Assembly (NCBI GenBank): GCA_963790935.1
Contig: CAWBRJ010000001.1
Span: forward strand, 69,313-133,312
DNA from: an uncultured Acidobacteriaceae bacterium
Lineage (GTDB): Bacteria; Acidobacteriota; Terriglobia; Terriglobales; Acidobacteriaceae
Length of the DNA stretch: 64,000 nucleotides
Reading direction: 5' to 3'
Numbering within the stretch: the stretch's first letter is position 1; the number at the start of each line of letters is the position of its first letter. The notes under the pieces were generated by a model, which was not told the origin of the DNA, did not search any database, and saw only the letters and a list, made by a program, of their open reading frames with translations. This document shows positions 42,796-52,993 of the stretch, in pieces. The translations under genes and the position numbers were made by a program.

Positions 42796-43694
42796 AGTGA
42801 CGGCTTGCGAAATTGGACCGCCAGTTGAGCATCCTTGACCTGGGCAGATTTCGGCGGAGCTATGCCCCAATGATCGGTTCTGCCAGGAGGCCAGGTCCAA
42901 TCTTCAGGGCCCCGCACCACGTAAGAGTCGTCAACCTGCAAGACCTCGGCCGTGTACTCAATGACGATGCCAAAGGGATCAAGAAAATAGGCGAATACGT
43001 TGTTTCCCGGGCCATGGCGGCCTACTCCCCAGCCAAGGGGATAGCCATGATCGATCATTCGTCCGGCGCCCCGCATGACCGACTCGAGATCGGGCATCAT
43101 GAAGGCGATATGATTCAGGCCGTTTACTCCCGAATCCGCCAGAACGACGGCGTGGTGATCGTCATTGCAGCGCAGGAAAGCCATAGCCTTGGAGCGATCG
43201 GTCAATTTGAATCCGAGTGCCTCTTCGAAGAAGGACTTCGTCGCAGCGATGTCGGCGCAGTTCAGGTTGACGTGCGAGAGGCGAAGGGGAAAGTCCTTTC
43301 TGGAACGGCCTGCGGGATTAACGGCGTCACCGTGAAGGAAGCGCAGAACGTAGCCTTCTGGAGTCTCGACCGTGACTGCCGTTCCCCCGCCCGGTTCCTC
43401 GACGGGTGCAATCGCGCGAACTACAGAACCGCCCGTCGCGCTGACGGCTGCGATGAGCCGTGGCAGATCATCCAGAGAGGAGGTGCGAAAGGTGACGGAT
43501 AGTACAGCCGCAGCCGGACCCGGATGCAATACCAGAACGTGAGGATCCCGGCCGGTCGCACGCAGATAAACCTTGTTATCCTGCCGGGCGGCCACTTCGA
43601 GTCCCCAAACGGTGGTGTAGAAGTGTTCCGCCACGATGAGATCGGGGATGGCAATATCCACACTGCATATCTCTACGATCGGGAACTTGCTCAC
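42783..43694 (-). CDS. Two-domain VOC-superfamily extradiol ring-cleavage dioxygenase
   Basis: 303 aa. GTG start overlapping the FAH stop (GTGA). Two glyoxalase/BphC-like modules (..GLEVAARQD..YLRATG.. and ..LNHIAFMMPDLESV..). The size matches type I extradiol dioxygenases. Confidence 0.75.
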   Translation of the reverse strand: MSKFPIVEICSVDIAIPDLIVAEHFYTTVWGLEVAARQDNKVYLRATGRDPHVLVLHPGPAAAVLSVTFRTSSLDDLPRLIAAVSATGGSVVRAIAPVEEPGGGTAVTVETPEGYVLRFLHGDAVNPAGRSRKDFPLRLSHVNLNCADIAATKSFFEEALGFKLTDRSKAMAFLRCNDDHHAVVLADSGVNGLNHIAFMMPDLESVMRGAGRMIDHGYPLGWGVGRHGPGNNVFAYFLDPFGIVIEYTAEVLQVDDSYVVRGPEDWTWPPGRTDHWGIAPPKSAQVKDAQLAVQFRKPSLWKM

Positions 43695-44545
43695 GGAAGA
43701 GTCTCATCGGCGATCGGGTTGCGCAAAACACCGAGGCGTTCAATCTGAACTTCCACGATGTCCCCCGGCTTCATCCACAACGGCGGTGTCCGCTTCACGC
43801 CCACACCTCCAGGAGTGCCGGTGAGGATCACATCGCCACTCTCAAGACGGCTGAACGAGGAGCAATACTCCACGATGGTGGGGACGTCGAAGATCATTTG
43901 ACCCAGGACCGCGTCCTGCACGGTCTCGCCGTTTAGCCGGGTCGTGATCCGAAGGCCACGCAAGTCACCCAACTCATCCGGGGTCATCATCCAGGGTCCG
44001 AAACTTCCGGTTTCCGGGAAGTTCTTGCCCGGCGTGAATTGATGGGTGTGGTGTTGCCAGTCTCGGATGCTCCCGTCGTTGTAGCATGCATAGCCTGCTA
44101 CGTGTTCGAAAGCTTCCGCTTGCGGGATGTAGCGGCCCGGCTGGCCGATGATTACGGCCAGTTCCCCCTCAAAATCAAGATCGGTGGATACGCGCGGGCG
44201 CACGATAGGCCGCAGATGCGCGGTCTGTGAGTCTGCGAAGCGGCCGAAAATTGTCGGATGGGTTACCACCGCCCGACCCGTCTCCTTGCGGTGGGTTTCG
44301 TAATTCAGGCCGACACAGAAGATCTTGTCAGGATTGGGAATCACCGGTAGCCAGTCGATCTCCTCGATCGGATAAGGGGTGGCGACCGATTTTGCCGCTT
44401 GCGCTTCCGAATAGGCCTGGGCGGCGATCAGCGCCTTAAGGCTTGGATAGCGAGCCCGCAGTTTGTCGCCGATGTCGTACGCTTTCTCATCGTCGATGAT
44501 GCCCCACGTGGCATTGTCCTTAACGCGAAAACTGGCAAGCTTCAT
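43691..44545 (-). CDS. Fumarylacetoacetate hydrolase (FAH) family protein
   Basis: 284 aa. GLNYETHRKETG, DFEGELAVIIG and GDVILTGTPGGVG are FAH-fold motifs. Confidence 0.88.
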   Translation of the reverse strand: MKLASFRVKDNATWGIIDDEKAYDIGDKLRARYPSLKALIAAQAYSEAQAAKSVATPYPIEEIDWLPVIPNPDKIFCVGLNYETHRKETGRAVVTHPTIFGRFADSQTAHLRPIVRPRVSTDLDFEGELAVIIGQPGRYIPQAEAFEHVAGYACYNDGSIRDWQHHTHQFTPGKNFPETGSFGPWMMTPDELGDLRGLRITTRLNGETVQDAVLGQMIFDVPTIVEYCSSFSRLESGDVILTGTPGGVGVKRTPPLWMKPGDIVEVQIERLGVLRNPIADETLP

Positions 44546-44703
44546 ACCGGCGCCTCAGGCGGCAATGGTACTTATGCGTACCACCCACTGTCAATTATGT
44601 CTCCTTGCCTCTCCAGGTGTCGTAGCCTTTGGCCTTTACAACCCCTCATCCATTTGCTATCGTGAGCCACTTGGTACGCTTCAGTACCGCAGGAAGGTTC
44701 ATC

Positions 44704-45717
44704 ATGATCAGCACCAAACTGCCGGGAAGCAAATCGCCATACAAACTGGAGGCCGGCGAGGGTCTGCGCTATTGCTTCGGCAGCCAGTTGGCTATCGTGA
44801 TCGCACGCCCTGAAGATCTCGGACATCCAATGGCAGGCGCGGTCCTGAGCGGCGCCAGGGGCTCGTCTTTTCCGCTGCACCGGCATGCCGCAACCCATGA
44901 AGCCTGGTTCATCCTGGAAGGCATGGTTGCTGTTGTCCTGGGAGACAAAGAGTACACGCTCACTCCAGGCTCTTACGTCAACATCCCCGCAGGCGCTGCG
45001 CATGGCTTCTCCTTCCAGGATCATCGCAGTAAATTCGTTGCCTGGACATTCGGCGGAAACGCAAACGAGATGTACGCCGCAATCGGCAGTCCCTATGACG
45101 GCACTGTCTATCCGGATCGGGGCCAGGCTGTGGATTGGGGGAGGCTCACCGCGGCGGTCGATACTGAAGTCCTCACCCGCAGTGAGACAAAGCCGGGAAA
45201 GGCTCTCAGCGCTTTTCCAGCCGGACGCGAGCCTTTCGTGTTGGGCCCTTGGGAAGGAGAGAGGATGCTGGCCGCCGAACAGCTTTATACCTTTCAGGGA
45301 ACGCAGGCTCACAGCGACAACTTATTTATTTCTTTGCTGACAGAAGGGCCGATCGGGCCGGAAATTCCGAGACACTTCCACGACACCGTGACCGAGACGT
45401 TTTTCTGTTTGCACGGCGCGTTGCAAATGTTCGTCAACGACAGGTATCTCACTCTCGAGCCGGGAGACTTCCTTCATATTCCCCCGGGTACGATCCATTC
45501 CTTCAAGCTGTTGCGCAATGACACTCGCTTCATCGGCTTCTTAAGCCCTGGAAACTTCGAGGCCTTCTTCCGCTATCTTTGCCAACCGTATGACGGTCAC
45601 GTTTACCCGCTTGTTCCCCCGCCGTTCCGGTTTGATCGCGTGCTGGAGCATATGGGAGAACTTGATCTGCATTTGCTCGGGAGACCGGGTGGTCCCCCGC
45701 CCTCGGGTGCTGCTTGA
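44704..45717 (+). CDS. Bicupin dioxygenase (quercetin 2,3-dioxygenase-like)
   Basis: ATG at 44704 (GGAAGG upstream). First cupin: FPLHRHAATHEAWFILEG..GSYVNIPAGAAHGF. Second cupin: IPRHFHDTVTETFFCLHG..GDFLHIPPGTIHSF. The substrate is not deducible from sequence. Confidence 0.7.
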   Translation: MISTKLPGSKSPYKLEAGEGLRYCFGSQLAIVIARPEDLGHPMAGAVLSGARGSSFPLHRHAATHEAWFILEGMVAVVLGDKEYTLTPGSYVNIPAGAAHGFSFQDHRSKFVAWTFGGNANEMYAAIGSPYDGTVYPDRGQAVDWGRLTAAVDTEVLTRSETKPGKALSAFPAGREPFVLGPWEGERMLAAEQLYTFQGTQAHSDNLFISLLTEGPIGPEIPRHFHDTVTETFFCLHGALQMFVNDRYLTLEPGDFLHIPPGTIHSFKLLRNDTRFIGFLSPGNFEAFFRYLCQPYDGHVYPLVPPPFRFDRVLEHMGELDLHLLGRPGGPPPSGAA

Positions 45718-46688
45718 AATCGTTCCGTTGCAGACCGAAGCTCTACAAGGTTTCGCTGGTCGCGGATCAGGTCTACAGTCATGCCGAGGGGAAGCCACGT
45801 CTCGCGGACATCTACCTGCCTAAAACCCCGCAGCAAAAGGTCCCCGTAATCGTTTGGCTGCACGGTGGGGGCTGGCGGTTCGGAGACCGGCACATGGCAC
45901 CGGACCTGTCGCGGTTCTTTGCAGAGCGGGGTTTCGCGATGGTAAGCATCGACTATCGGCTCAGCGACGAGGCTGTCTTCCCCGCCCCGATCGAAGATGT
46001 GAAAACTGCCATTCGCTGGATACGCTCTGTTGCGGATACGTTTGCGCTCGACAGTGACCATGTCGGTCTATGGGGATCATCCGCCGGTGGGCATCTTGCA
46101 GCATGTGCGGCGCTCTCTCCGCCCGAACAGTTTCAAGGCAGTGAGCACCTCGGCCATTCGAGCGCTGTGCAAGCGGTGGTGGACAGTTATGGTCCGGTGG
46201 ATTTTTCTCTGATCGATAAGGAGCGCGAGCAGTTCACGCCCGCTGCGGTCGACGTGGAAGGAATTGTTGTCCCCGACCTGCTCCCGGCCGGACATCCCGA
46301 ATCGTTTGAGTCACGCTTTCTTGGGGTTGGAGTTGATAGCTCCCCAGAGCAGGTGAAGCTGGCCAATCCGGTCACGTATGTACAGAGGGGCGCTCCCCCA
46401 TTTCTGATACTGCACGGATTGTCCGACGGCCTGATCCCCTGGGGGCAGAGCCGCCTTCTCTTCGAAGCTTTGCAGGCAGCTGAAAATGAGGTGACCATGT
46501 TGACATTCGAACGTCTGGGTCACGGGTTCTTCAACAACTCCAAGCTTGACTTCGTCGACCCAGGCACAGTCACCATGTTCCGAAGTGCGGCCAGCAAAGC
46601 CTTCGATTGTGGTGCAAGGGTGGACAGGATCGGATTTGGTTTCGATTTAGTTGAAGACTTTCTGCGCACCCATCTGGTCAAGTCGTAA
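45714..46688 (+). CDS. Alpha/beta hydrolase (esterase/lipase, HGGG-type)
   Basis: TTG start overlapping the bicupin stop. VIVWLHGGGWRFGD oxyanion motif and WGSSAGGHLA nucleophile elbow. Confidence 0.8.
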   Translation: MKSFRCRPKLYKVSLVADQVYSHAEGKPRLADIYLPKTPQQKVPVIVWLHGGGWRFGDRHMAPDLSRFFAERGFAMVSIDYRLSDEAVFPAPIEDVKTAIRWIRSVADTFALDSDHVGLWGSSAGGHLAACAALSPPEQFQGSEHLGHSSAVQAVVDSYGPVDFSLIDKEREQFTPAAVDVEGIVVPDLLPAGHPESFESRFLGVGVDSSPEQVKLANPVTYVQRGAPPFLILHGLSDGLIPWGQSRLLFEALQAAENEVTMLTFERLGHGFFNNSKLDFVDPGTVTMFRSAASKAFDCGARVDRIGFGFDLVEDFLRTHLVKS

Positions 46689-46769
46689 CGCTGCCAAAAG
46701 CCTTAGAAGTAGCGGCTGCCTTGCTCACGCGAGATAGACATGCTAAAAGGGACATCCCTAGGAGGATCC

Positions 46770-47222
46770 ATGCAAGAGGAGATGTACTTCGAAGACTTTC
46801 ATCCTGGCCAGAAGTTCGATTCGCTTAGAAATTATCGCGTCACAGCACGAGAGATCATCAGTTTTGGCGAGAGCTACGATCCCCAGCCGTTCCACATCGA
46901 TGAGGGAGCAGGCGAGAACTCCTTCTTCAGCGGTCTTTGCGCTTCTGGATGGCTGACGGCCGCGATCGTCATGCGTCTTCGAGTGGAATCGATCAATGTA
47001 AAGGGTGGAATGATCGGGGCCGGCGTCGACGAGATACGCTGGACTCATCCCGTGCGTCCCGAGGATAAGCTCCGCACCGAGTCGGAAGTGCTGGAAGTTC
47101 GGCGCTCAGTAAGCCGCCCGGGGTACGGTATTATTCGCTCGCGCACGACGGTATACAACCAGCGTAACGTCGTCGTCATGAAATCAATCGTGAATTGGCT
47201 AGCACCTCTCAGGAACACTTGA
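46770..47222 (+). CDS. MaoC-family (R-specific enoyl-CoA) dehydratase
   Basis: ATG at 46770 preceded by AGGAGG. MQEEMYFEDFHPGQKF..YDPQPFHIDE hot-dog-fold motif. Confidence 0.85.
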   Translation: MQEEMYFEDFHPGQKFDSLRNYRVTAREIISFGESYDPQPFHIDEGAGENSFFSGLCASGWLTAAIVMRLRVESINVKGGMIGAGVDEIRWTHPVRPEDKLRTESEVLEVRRSVSRPGYGIIRSRTTVYNQRNVVVMKSIVNWLAPLRNT

Positions 47223-47261
47223 GCTCTGCTATGCGCTGATAAAAGATGCCCTCAGGGGCTA

Positions 47262-47405
47262 ATGCTCGCTGCGGCGAGGAAGCCCGGGAACGCTCAACGA
47301 ATTACGGGACGGCTGAAGCCGTGCCCTTCCTCCAGGACCGCGATCCCACGCGGGCTTTTGGCCTCTAAGGTGCGTCCTTCCTGCGCGATCCAAAGTTTTA
47401 CCGCA
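47262..47405. repeat. REP-like intergenic element
   Basis: acggc-tgaa-gccgt hairpin (47309-47322) followed by gcccttcc. Compare tacgggc-tgaa-gcccgta followed by cccttc at 21587-21610. Confidence 0.6.
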
Positions 47406-47412
47406 GTCTGCT

Positions 47413-48520
47413 TTAGCCCCAGATCTCGCGGGCGGTATCGACTACGAGCTTTAACTTGGCCCACTGTTGCTCTTCAGTGAGAAGATTACCCTCCATGGTG
47501 GAAGCAAACCCGCATTGCGGGCTTAGCGCCAATTGTTCAAGGCCCACCCACTTCGCCGCCTCATCGACGCGTCTGAGCAAATCCTCCTTGCGCTCCAGGG
47601 CAGCAAGTTTTGTGCTTACCATGCCCGAGCACAACAGTCTTGTCTTTGGGGACGAAACGCAGCGGCTCGAACGTACCCGAGCGCTCGTCGTCGTATTCCA
47701 GCAGAAACCGATCCACCGCGAGTTCATGGAACAAGCGTTCCGCGATGGCGTCATAGCCGCCCTCTGCGTACCAATGACTGCGATTGTTGCCCCGGCAGAG
47801 GTGAATGGCCAAGGTAACGCCGGCATGCCGCGCGGCCGCGAAGCAGGCGTTGTCGGCAGCGAGAGAGGCGGTGAGCATCTGCGCAGGATCAACGCGAAGC
47901 TCCGTTTCCATCCACGCAGTCCACTTCGGGTCGAGGTAATAGCTATACCGCGGCGCGTCGATTTGCAGATAAGAGATACCGCCGGCAGCAAGCGTTCGCA
48001 AATCCTCGACCATAAGCGCCGTAATCGCAGTCAGCAGGGCGTACGGATCTCGATATACGGCATCGGTGATGCCGTACTTGAAAGAGATGGCCGGAAATTG
48101 GGTCGCACTGGGCAACGTAATCTTGATCGGGCCGGGCGCGTGTTCCCGCAAAAAAGGTAGTTCGCGTCCGGTGAAGGGCTGCCTCTGCTTCAGTGTCGAA
48201 GTGACGATACCGGTGATGCTGCTGACAGCAGCCGGCTGAGAAGCGGCCTTAGCATCGTCGATCCAACTGCGCTGTACCGCATCGCCCAAATCGAAGCCCT
48301 CGACCGCCTCGGTGATGTCGCTCATGAAGTTGGTGCGACGAAGTTCGCCGTCGGTGAAGATTTCGAGCCCAAGATCTTTCTGTTGTTGAAGAATGCGAAG
48401 GATTTGCCGGTCTTCCAGCGCGTGAATCTCCGGCGGAGAAATATGCGAGCGCCGCGCATCTAGCAACTCCGCGGGGCGGAGAAGACTCCCCACGTGATCG
48501 GCGCGAAAGGACAAGGACAT
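47413..48520 (-). pseudogene. Cobalamin-independent methionine synthase II family (MetE C-terminal-domain-like) protein, one frameshift near 47625
   Basis: ORF 47561..48520: MSLSFRADHVGSLLRPAELL..LEIFTDGELRR..YLQIDAP..TLAIHLCRGN..EYDDERSG..KDKTVVLG. It then shifts frame. ORF 47413..47991 ends MVSTKLAALERKEDLLRRVDEAAKWVGLEQLALSPQCGFAST... Confidence 0.8.
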
Positions 48521-48538
48521 GACTGGCTCCTTTTGAGT

Positions 48539-49361
48539 TCAGATCAATATGTTGCGGAGAGCGCGTGCGCCTTCCTGCAGCACGGGCAAACAATGGCCTA
48601 TGAGCGTCGCACGATCGACACGTGACACATGAGTTCCTACGTTGATTGCGGCAACGACCCGGTTGCTGCGTGTAGAAACCGGGACTGCGATGGATCTTAA
48701 ACCAGCCTCCAATTCTTCATCGACCAGGGCGTACCCGAGCTTCCGCACATCAAAGATAGCTTTTTTCAGCTGGGGGATCCGGGTGATGGTTTTGGGGGTA
48801 TAAGCCCGCGGCTTCAACACGCGCAGGTATGCGTCAAGATCGGGATCAGGTAACGCTGCGAGCAGCACCCGGCCCATCGAGGTACAAAATGCGGGCAGGC
48901 GGCTGCCAACGGAGAGGCCCGCGGCAAGCACCCGGCTAGCCGCTGATCGCGCAACATACACAATCTCCCCCGCGTCGAGCATGCTCATAGAAGACGATTC
49001 ATGCAGTTGTCTCCGTGATGCGCTCGAGCACTGGACGGGCCGCTTCGACAACCGACGAGGAGGAAAGATAGGAGAAGCCGAGGCGCAAAACCTGCGTCTT
49101 GAGGTGGTAGACCTGTCGAGAGCGCTCGACGTAGCCGAGCAATTGCAGCGTTAACAGAAGCCGGCGGATCGATGCCCGCGAAAGACCAGTGGACCGGGAT
49201 ATCTCGATGATGCTCCGGCCCTCGTGATGGCCTTCAAAGCTCTCGATCACCCGCAGGCCTCTCGCGAGCGAAAGGACGAAGTCGGGGTTCCCCACCTGCG
49301 CAGCCAACTCGTCGTGCGGAATGGCTTCTGCCAGAGCGGATGCGGATTTTGCCGCCTTCAT
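48539..49361 (-). pseudogene. IclR-family transcriptional regulator (PcaR/PcaU-like by position), one frameshift near 49005
   Basis: ORF 48999..49361 holds the HTH half (SLARGLRVIESFEGH..IEISRSTGLSRASIRRLLLTLQLLGYV..), ending ..ITETTA stop. ORF 48539..49051 continues LHESSSMSMLDAGEIVYVARS..GLRSIAVPV.. (effector domain). Divergent from pcaI. Confidence 0.8.
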
Positions 49362-49452
49362 TCTGCGCTCCCTTGATGTGGGCGATTATCGCACATCTTG
49401 TACAGTATTGCACCTTTGCGTAATAATGCCGGGGTCGCTGCATGGAGGTCCG

Positions 49453-50295
49453 ATGGCGGAGTGGGTCACTTTGGCGGAAGCGATTGCGGCCAACGTGCAC
49501 GACGGCGCGACCGTCGCCCTGGAGGGGTTCACCCACCTTATACCCTTTGCGGCCGGTCATGAGATCATCCGCCAGCAACGTCGTAATTTGTCCCTGATAC
49601 GGATGACGCCGGACCTCATCTACGACCAGTTGATCGGCGCCGGGTGCGCTGCGAAACTGACGTTTTCCTGGGGCGGCAATCCCGGCGTCGGGTCCTTGCA
49701 CCGCTTTCGCGACGCAGTGGAAAATAGCTGGCCCGGGCCGCTCGCGATCGAGGAACGCAGTCACAGCGATTTGGCAAATGCGTACGTCGCGGGAGCGGCA
49801 AATTTGCCGTTCGCGGTTCTGCGCGGGTATACAGGTTCTGACTTGCCGCGCGTGAACGACAAGATACGCACCGTGACCTGCCCTTTCACGGGTGAGGTGT
49901 TGGCAGCAACTCCTTCGGTCCGTCCCGACGTTACCGTGATTCACGCTCAGAAAGCCGACTGGAAAGGGAATGTTCTCTTGTGGGGTATCCTGGGCGTGCA
50001 GAAAGAAGCTGCCCTCGCAGCAAAGCGCGCAATTGTCACCGTAGAGGAGCGCGTTCGTGAACTCGATGCTCCGCCCAATGCCTGCATTCTACCCAGTTGG
50101 GTGGTGACCGCAGTTTGCGAGGTACCGCGCGGCGCGACTCCCTCCTATGCACACGGGTACTATGATCGCGATAACATATTTTATCGAGCATGGGATCAGA
50201 TCTCGCGCGATCGAGACTGCTTCAACGCATGGATCAAAGAGAACATCCTTGAAACGGAAAATTTCGCCGAGTATCTGCAGGCGGTGTCGCAGTGA
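49453..50295 (+). CDS. pcaI: 3-oxoadipate CoA-transferase subunit A (glutaconate-CoA-transferase-like type)
   Basis: ATG at 49453 after GGAGG. MAEWVTLAEAIAANVHDGATVALEGFTHLIPFAAGHEIIRQ..MTPDLIYDQLIG..FSWGGNPGVGSLHRFRDAVE. First gene of the pca run. Confidence 0.85.
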   Translation: MAEWVTLAEAIAANVHDGATVALEGFTHLIPFAAGHEIIRQQRRNLSLIRMTPDLIYDQLIGAGCAAKLTFSWGGNPGVGSLHRFRDAVENSWPGPLAIEERSHSDLANAYVAGAANLPFAVLRGYTGSDLPRVNDKIRTVTCPFTGEVLAATPSVRPDVTVIHAQKADWKGNVLLWGILGVQKEAALAAKRAIVTVEERVRELDAPPNACILPSWVVTAVCEVPRGATPSYAHGYYDRDNIFYRAWDQISRDRDCFNAWIKENILETENFAEYLQAVSQ

Positions 50296-51077
50296 GCGTT
50301 GCCTACACGTCCGACGAGATGATGACAGTGGCAGCGGCGCGCATGCTGCGTAATGGTGCGGTGTGCTTTGTCGGTATTGGACTTCCGTCGACAGCCGCTA
50401 ACCTGGCGCGCCTAACACATGCTCCCGACGCGGTGCTCGTGTATGAGTCGGGGCCGATCGGAGCGAAGCCGCCGGTGCTGCCCTTGTCGATTGGCGATGG
50501 CAACCTGGCGGAGACGGCGGATACCGTGGTGTCGACTCCGGAGATTTTCCGGTATTGGCTGCAGGGCGGCCGCATCGACGTGGGCTTCCTGGGCGCGGCC
50601 CAGTTAGACCGGTTTGCAAATATCAACACCACGGTTGTGGGTTCGTACAAGAATCCAAAGGTGCGCCTGCCGGGAGCAGGCGGAGCACCCGAGATCAGTT
50701 CCTCTGCAAAGGAGGTGTTGATCATCGTCAAACAGACGAAACGCACGTTCGTCGAGAAACTCGACTTCGTGACCTCGGTGGGCTTTCTTAACGGTGGCAA
50801 TTCGAGGGAGTTGGCCGGGCTTCCGGGAAATGGCCCTGCCGCAGTGATTACGGATCTGTGTATCCTCCGGCCCCATCCGGTGTCGCGCGAACTGGAGGTG
50901 ACGAGCGTCCACCCCGGAGTGAACCGGGAGTCGATCTTGAAGAGCACGGGCTGGGAGATCCGCTTTGCGGACAGCTGCAGTGAAACAGCGGGACCCAACC
51001 CCCTAGAACTGCAAACGTTGCGCGACCTCAAGCAACGAACCGCCGCGGCGCACGGCGTAGAGGGAGACGCCGCATGA
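50292..51077 (+). CDS. pcaJ: 3-oxoadipate CoA-transferase subunit B
   Basis: 261 aa, 4-nt overlap with pcaI. VCFVGIGLPSTAANLARLTHAPDAVLVYESGPIG. Confidence 0.85.
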   Translation: MSVAYTSDEMMTVAAARMLRNGAVCFVGIGLPSTAANLARLTHAPDAVLVYESGPIGAKPPVLPLSIGDGNLAETADTVVSTPEIFRYWLQGGRIDVGFLGAAQLDRFANINTTVVGSYKNPKVRLPGAGGAPEISSSAKEVLIIVKQTKRTFVEKLDFVTSVGFLNGGNSRELAGLPGNGPAAVITDLCILRPHPVSRELEVTSVHPGVNRESILKSTGWEIRFADSCSETAGPNPLELQTLRDLKQRTAAAHGVEGDAA

Positions 51078-52270
51078 GACCCGTTTTCATTTGCGATGCG
51101 GTGCGAACACCCATCGGCCGATACGGTGGTGCACTGGCACAGGTGCGTGCCGACGACCTGGCGGCGGTTCCCATCCGCGAACTCGTAAGGCGCAGTCCAG
51201 GCGTGGACTGGAGTGCGGTGGACGAAGTGATGCTGGGTTGCGCCAACCAGGCCGGAGAAGATAATCGCAACGTGGCGCGGATGGCTCTGCTGCTTGCTGG
51301 TCTGCCCGAAGCCGTTCCCGGAACAACGATCAACCGGCTCTGCGGTTCAGGCATGGACGCAGTCGGAACGGCGGCGCGGGCGATTGCGGCCGGAGAGGCG
51401 GAACTTGTGATTGCGGGCGGTGTGGAGTCGATGTCGCGCGCACCGTTTGTGTTGGGCAAAGCGAAGGCCGCATTTGATCGTTCCGCGGAGATCTACGACA
51501 CGACGATCGGGTGGCGGTTTGTGAATCCCAGGATGCGCGAACTGTATGGAACCGACTCTATGCCGGAGACCGGCGAGAACGTTGCCCGCGATTGCGCTGT
51601 GGAACGCGTCGCACAGGATGCGTTCGCATGGCGAAGCCAGGTACGCGCAACTCACGCGATGGAGAGTGGATTCTTCGCCGAGGAAATTGTTCCGGTGGAG
51701 ATTGCGGGGAAAGATAAGACCATCATTGCGCGTGATGAGCATCCTCGACCGGATACAACTCCAGAAAAGCTCGCCATGCTGAAACCACTGTTCCCCGGCG
51801 GCACGGTAACGGCAGGCAATGCGTCGGGTGTCAACGATGGAGCCGCTGCGCTGATCATTGCTTCAGACGACGCAGTCGCACACCATAGCCTGCGACCACG
51901 TGCACGGATACTGGGAATGGCAACAGCAGGGGTTGCACCACGGGTGATGGGTATCGGGCCGGTGCCCGCGACTCAGAAGCTCATGGCGCGCATGAAGCAA
52001 AAGATCAGCGACTTCGATTGGATTCAAATCAATGAAGCGTTCGCCAGCCAATCGCTCGCTTGCCTGAGGCAGTTGGGCTTGCCGGACGATGCTGAGCATG
52101 TAAATGCAACGGGAGGGGCGATCGCGCTCGGCCATCCTCTCGGAATGAGCGGCGCCCGGCTGGTGCTTGCAGCGGCGCACCAGTTGGAGAAGTTTGGCGG
52201 CAAGCTCGCTCTCGCAACGATGTGTATCGGAGTGGGGCAGGGCATCGCTTTGGCGATGGAACGCGTTTGA
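51074..52270 (+). CDS. pcaF: 3-oxoadipyl-CoA thiolase
   Basis: 398 aa, 4-nt overlap with pcaJ. Thiolase motifs [44 protein letters not shown]. Confidence 0.9.
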   Translation: MRPVFICDAVRTPIGRYGGALAQVRADDLAAVPIRELVRRSPGVDWSAVDEVMLGCANQAGEDNRNVARMALLLAGLPEAVPGTTINRLCGSGMDAVGTAARAIAAGEAELVIAGGVESMSRAPFVLGKAKAAFDRSAEIYDTTIGWRFVNPRMRELYGTDSMPETGENVARDCAVERVAQDAFAWRSQVRATHAMESGFFAEEIVPVEIAGKDKTIIARDEHPRPDTTPEKLAMLKPLFPGGTVTAGNASGVNDGAAALIIASDDAVAHHSLRPRARILGMATAGVAPRVMGIGPVPATQKLMARMKQKISDFDWIQINEAFASQSLACLRQLGLPDDAEHVNATGGAIALGHPLGMSGARLVLAAAHQLEKFGGKLALATMCIGVGQGIALAMERV

Positions 52271-52279
52271 GGAGGGACT

Positions 52280-52993
52280 TTGATTGAGCTACGCACAGTT
52301 GCATCCGCGATACCCGGCACACAGCCTGACTTTCACTTCCCGCCGTATTTGTCGTCTATTGCGCGTTCGCCACGCATGCCGTTGGTCTTGCTTCCCGAGA
52401 CGCTGACAGAAAAGACGGGGCCAGTTTTTGGGCACGGATTGATTCGTCAGCACGATCATGATTTGACGGCGCAGCATGAAGGGGAGCCGCTCGGAGAACG
52501 CATTTTTGTGCATGGGCGTGTGCTTGACGAAGACGGGCGGCCGGTGCGCGGTGCGCTGGTCGAGGTGTGGCAGGCAAATGCGGCGGGCCGTTATCTGCAC
52601 AAGGTAGACAATCATGACGCACCGCTCGATCCCAACTTTTCTGGTGCGGGGCGGATGCTTACCGATGAAGATGGCCGGTATTGCTTCAAGACCATCAAGC
52701 CGGGTGCGTATCCCTGGGGCAATCATCACAACGCGTGGCGGCCTGCGCATATTCACTTCTCGCTCTTTGGAGCTGGGATCCTGTCGCGCCTGGTGACGCA
52801 GATGTATTTTCCCGGCGATCCGCTACAACCGTTGGACCCCATCTTCAACAGCATTCCGGATGAGGAGGCACGCCGACGGATGATCTCGCGCCTCGATATG
52901 GAACGCTCGGAACCGAGCTACGCCCTTGCCTACGCCTGGGACATCGTGCTGCGTGGCCATAGCGAAACTCCTTTCGAGGAGGCCAGGAGATGA
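52280..52993 (+). CDS. pcaH: Protocatechuate 3,4-dioxygenase beta subunit
   Basis: 237 aa, TTG start after [41 protein letters not shown] intradiol-dioxygenase signature. Confidence 0.9.
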   Translation: MIELRTVASAIPGTQPDFHFPPYLSSIARSPRMPLVLLPETLTEKTGPVFGHGLIRQHDHDLTAQHEGEPLGERIFVHGRVLDEDGRPVRGALVEVWQANAAGRYLHKVDNHDAPLDPNFSGAGRMLTDEDGRYCFKTIKPGAYPWGNHHNAWRPAHIHFSLFGAGILSRLVTQMYFPGDPLQPLDPIFNSIPDEEARRRMISRLDMERSEPSYALAYAWDIVLRGHSETPFEEARR

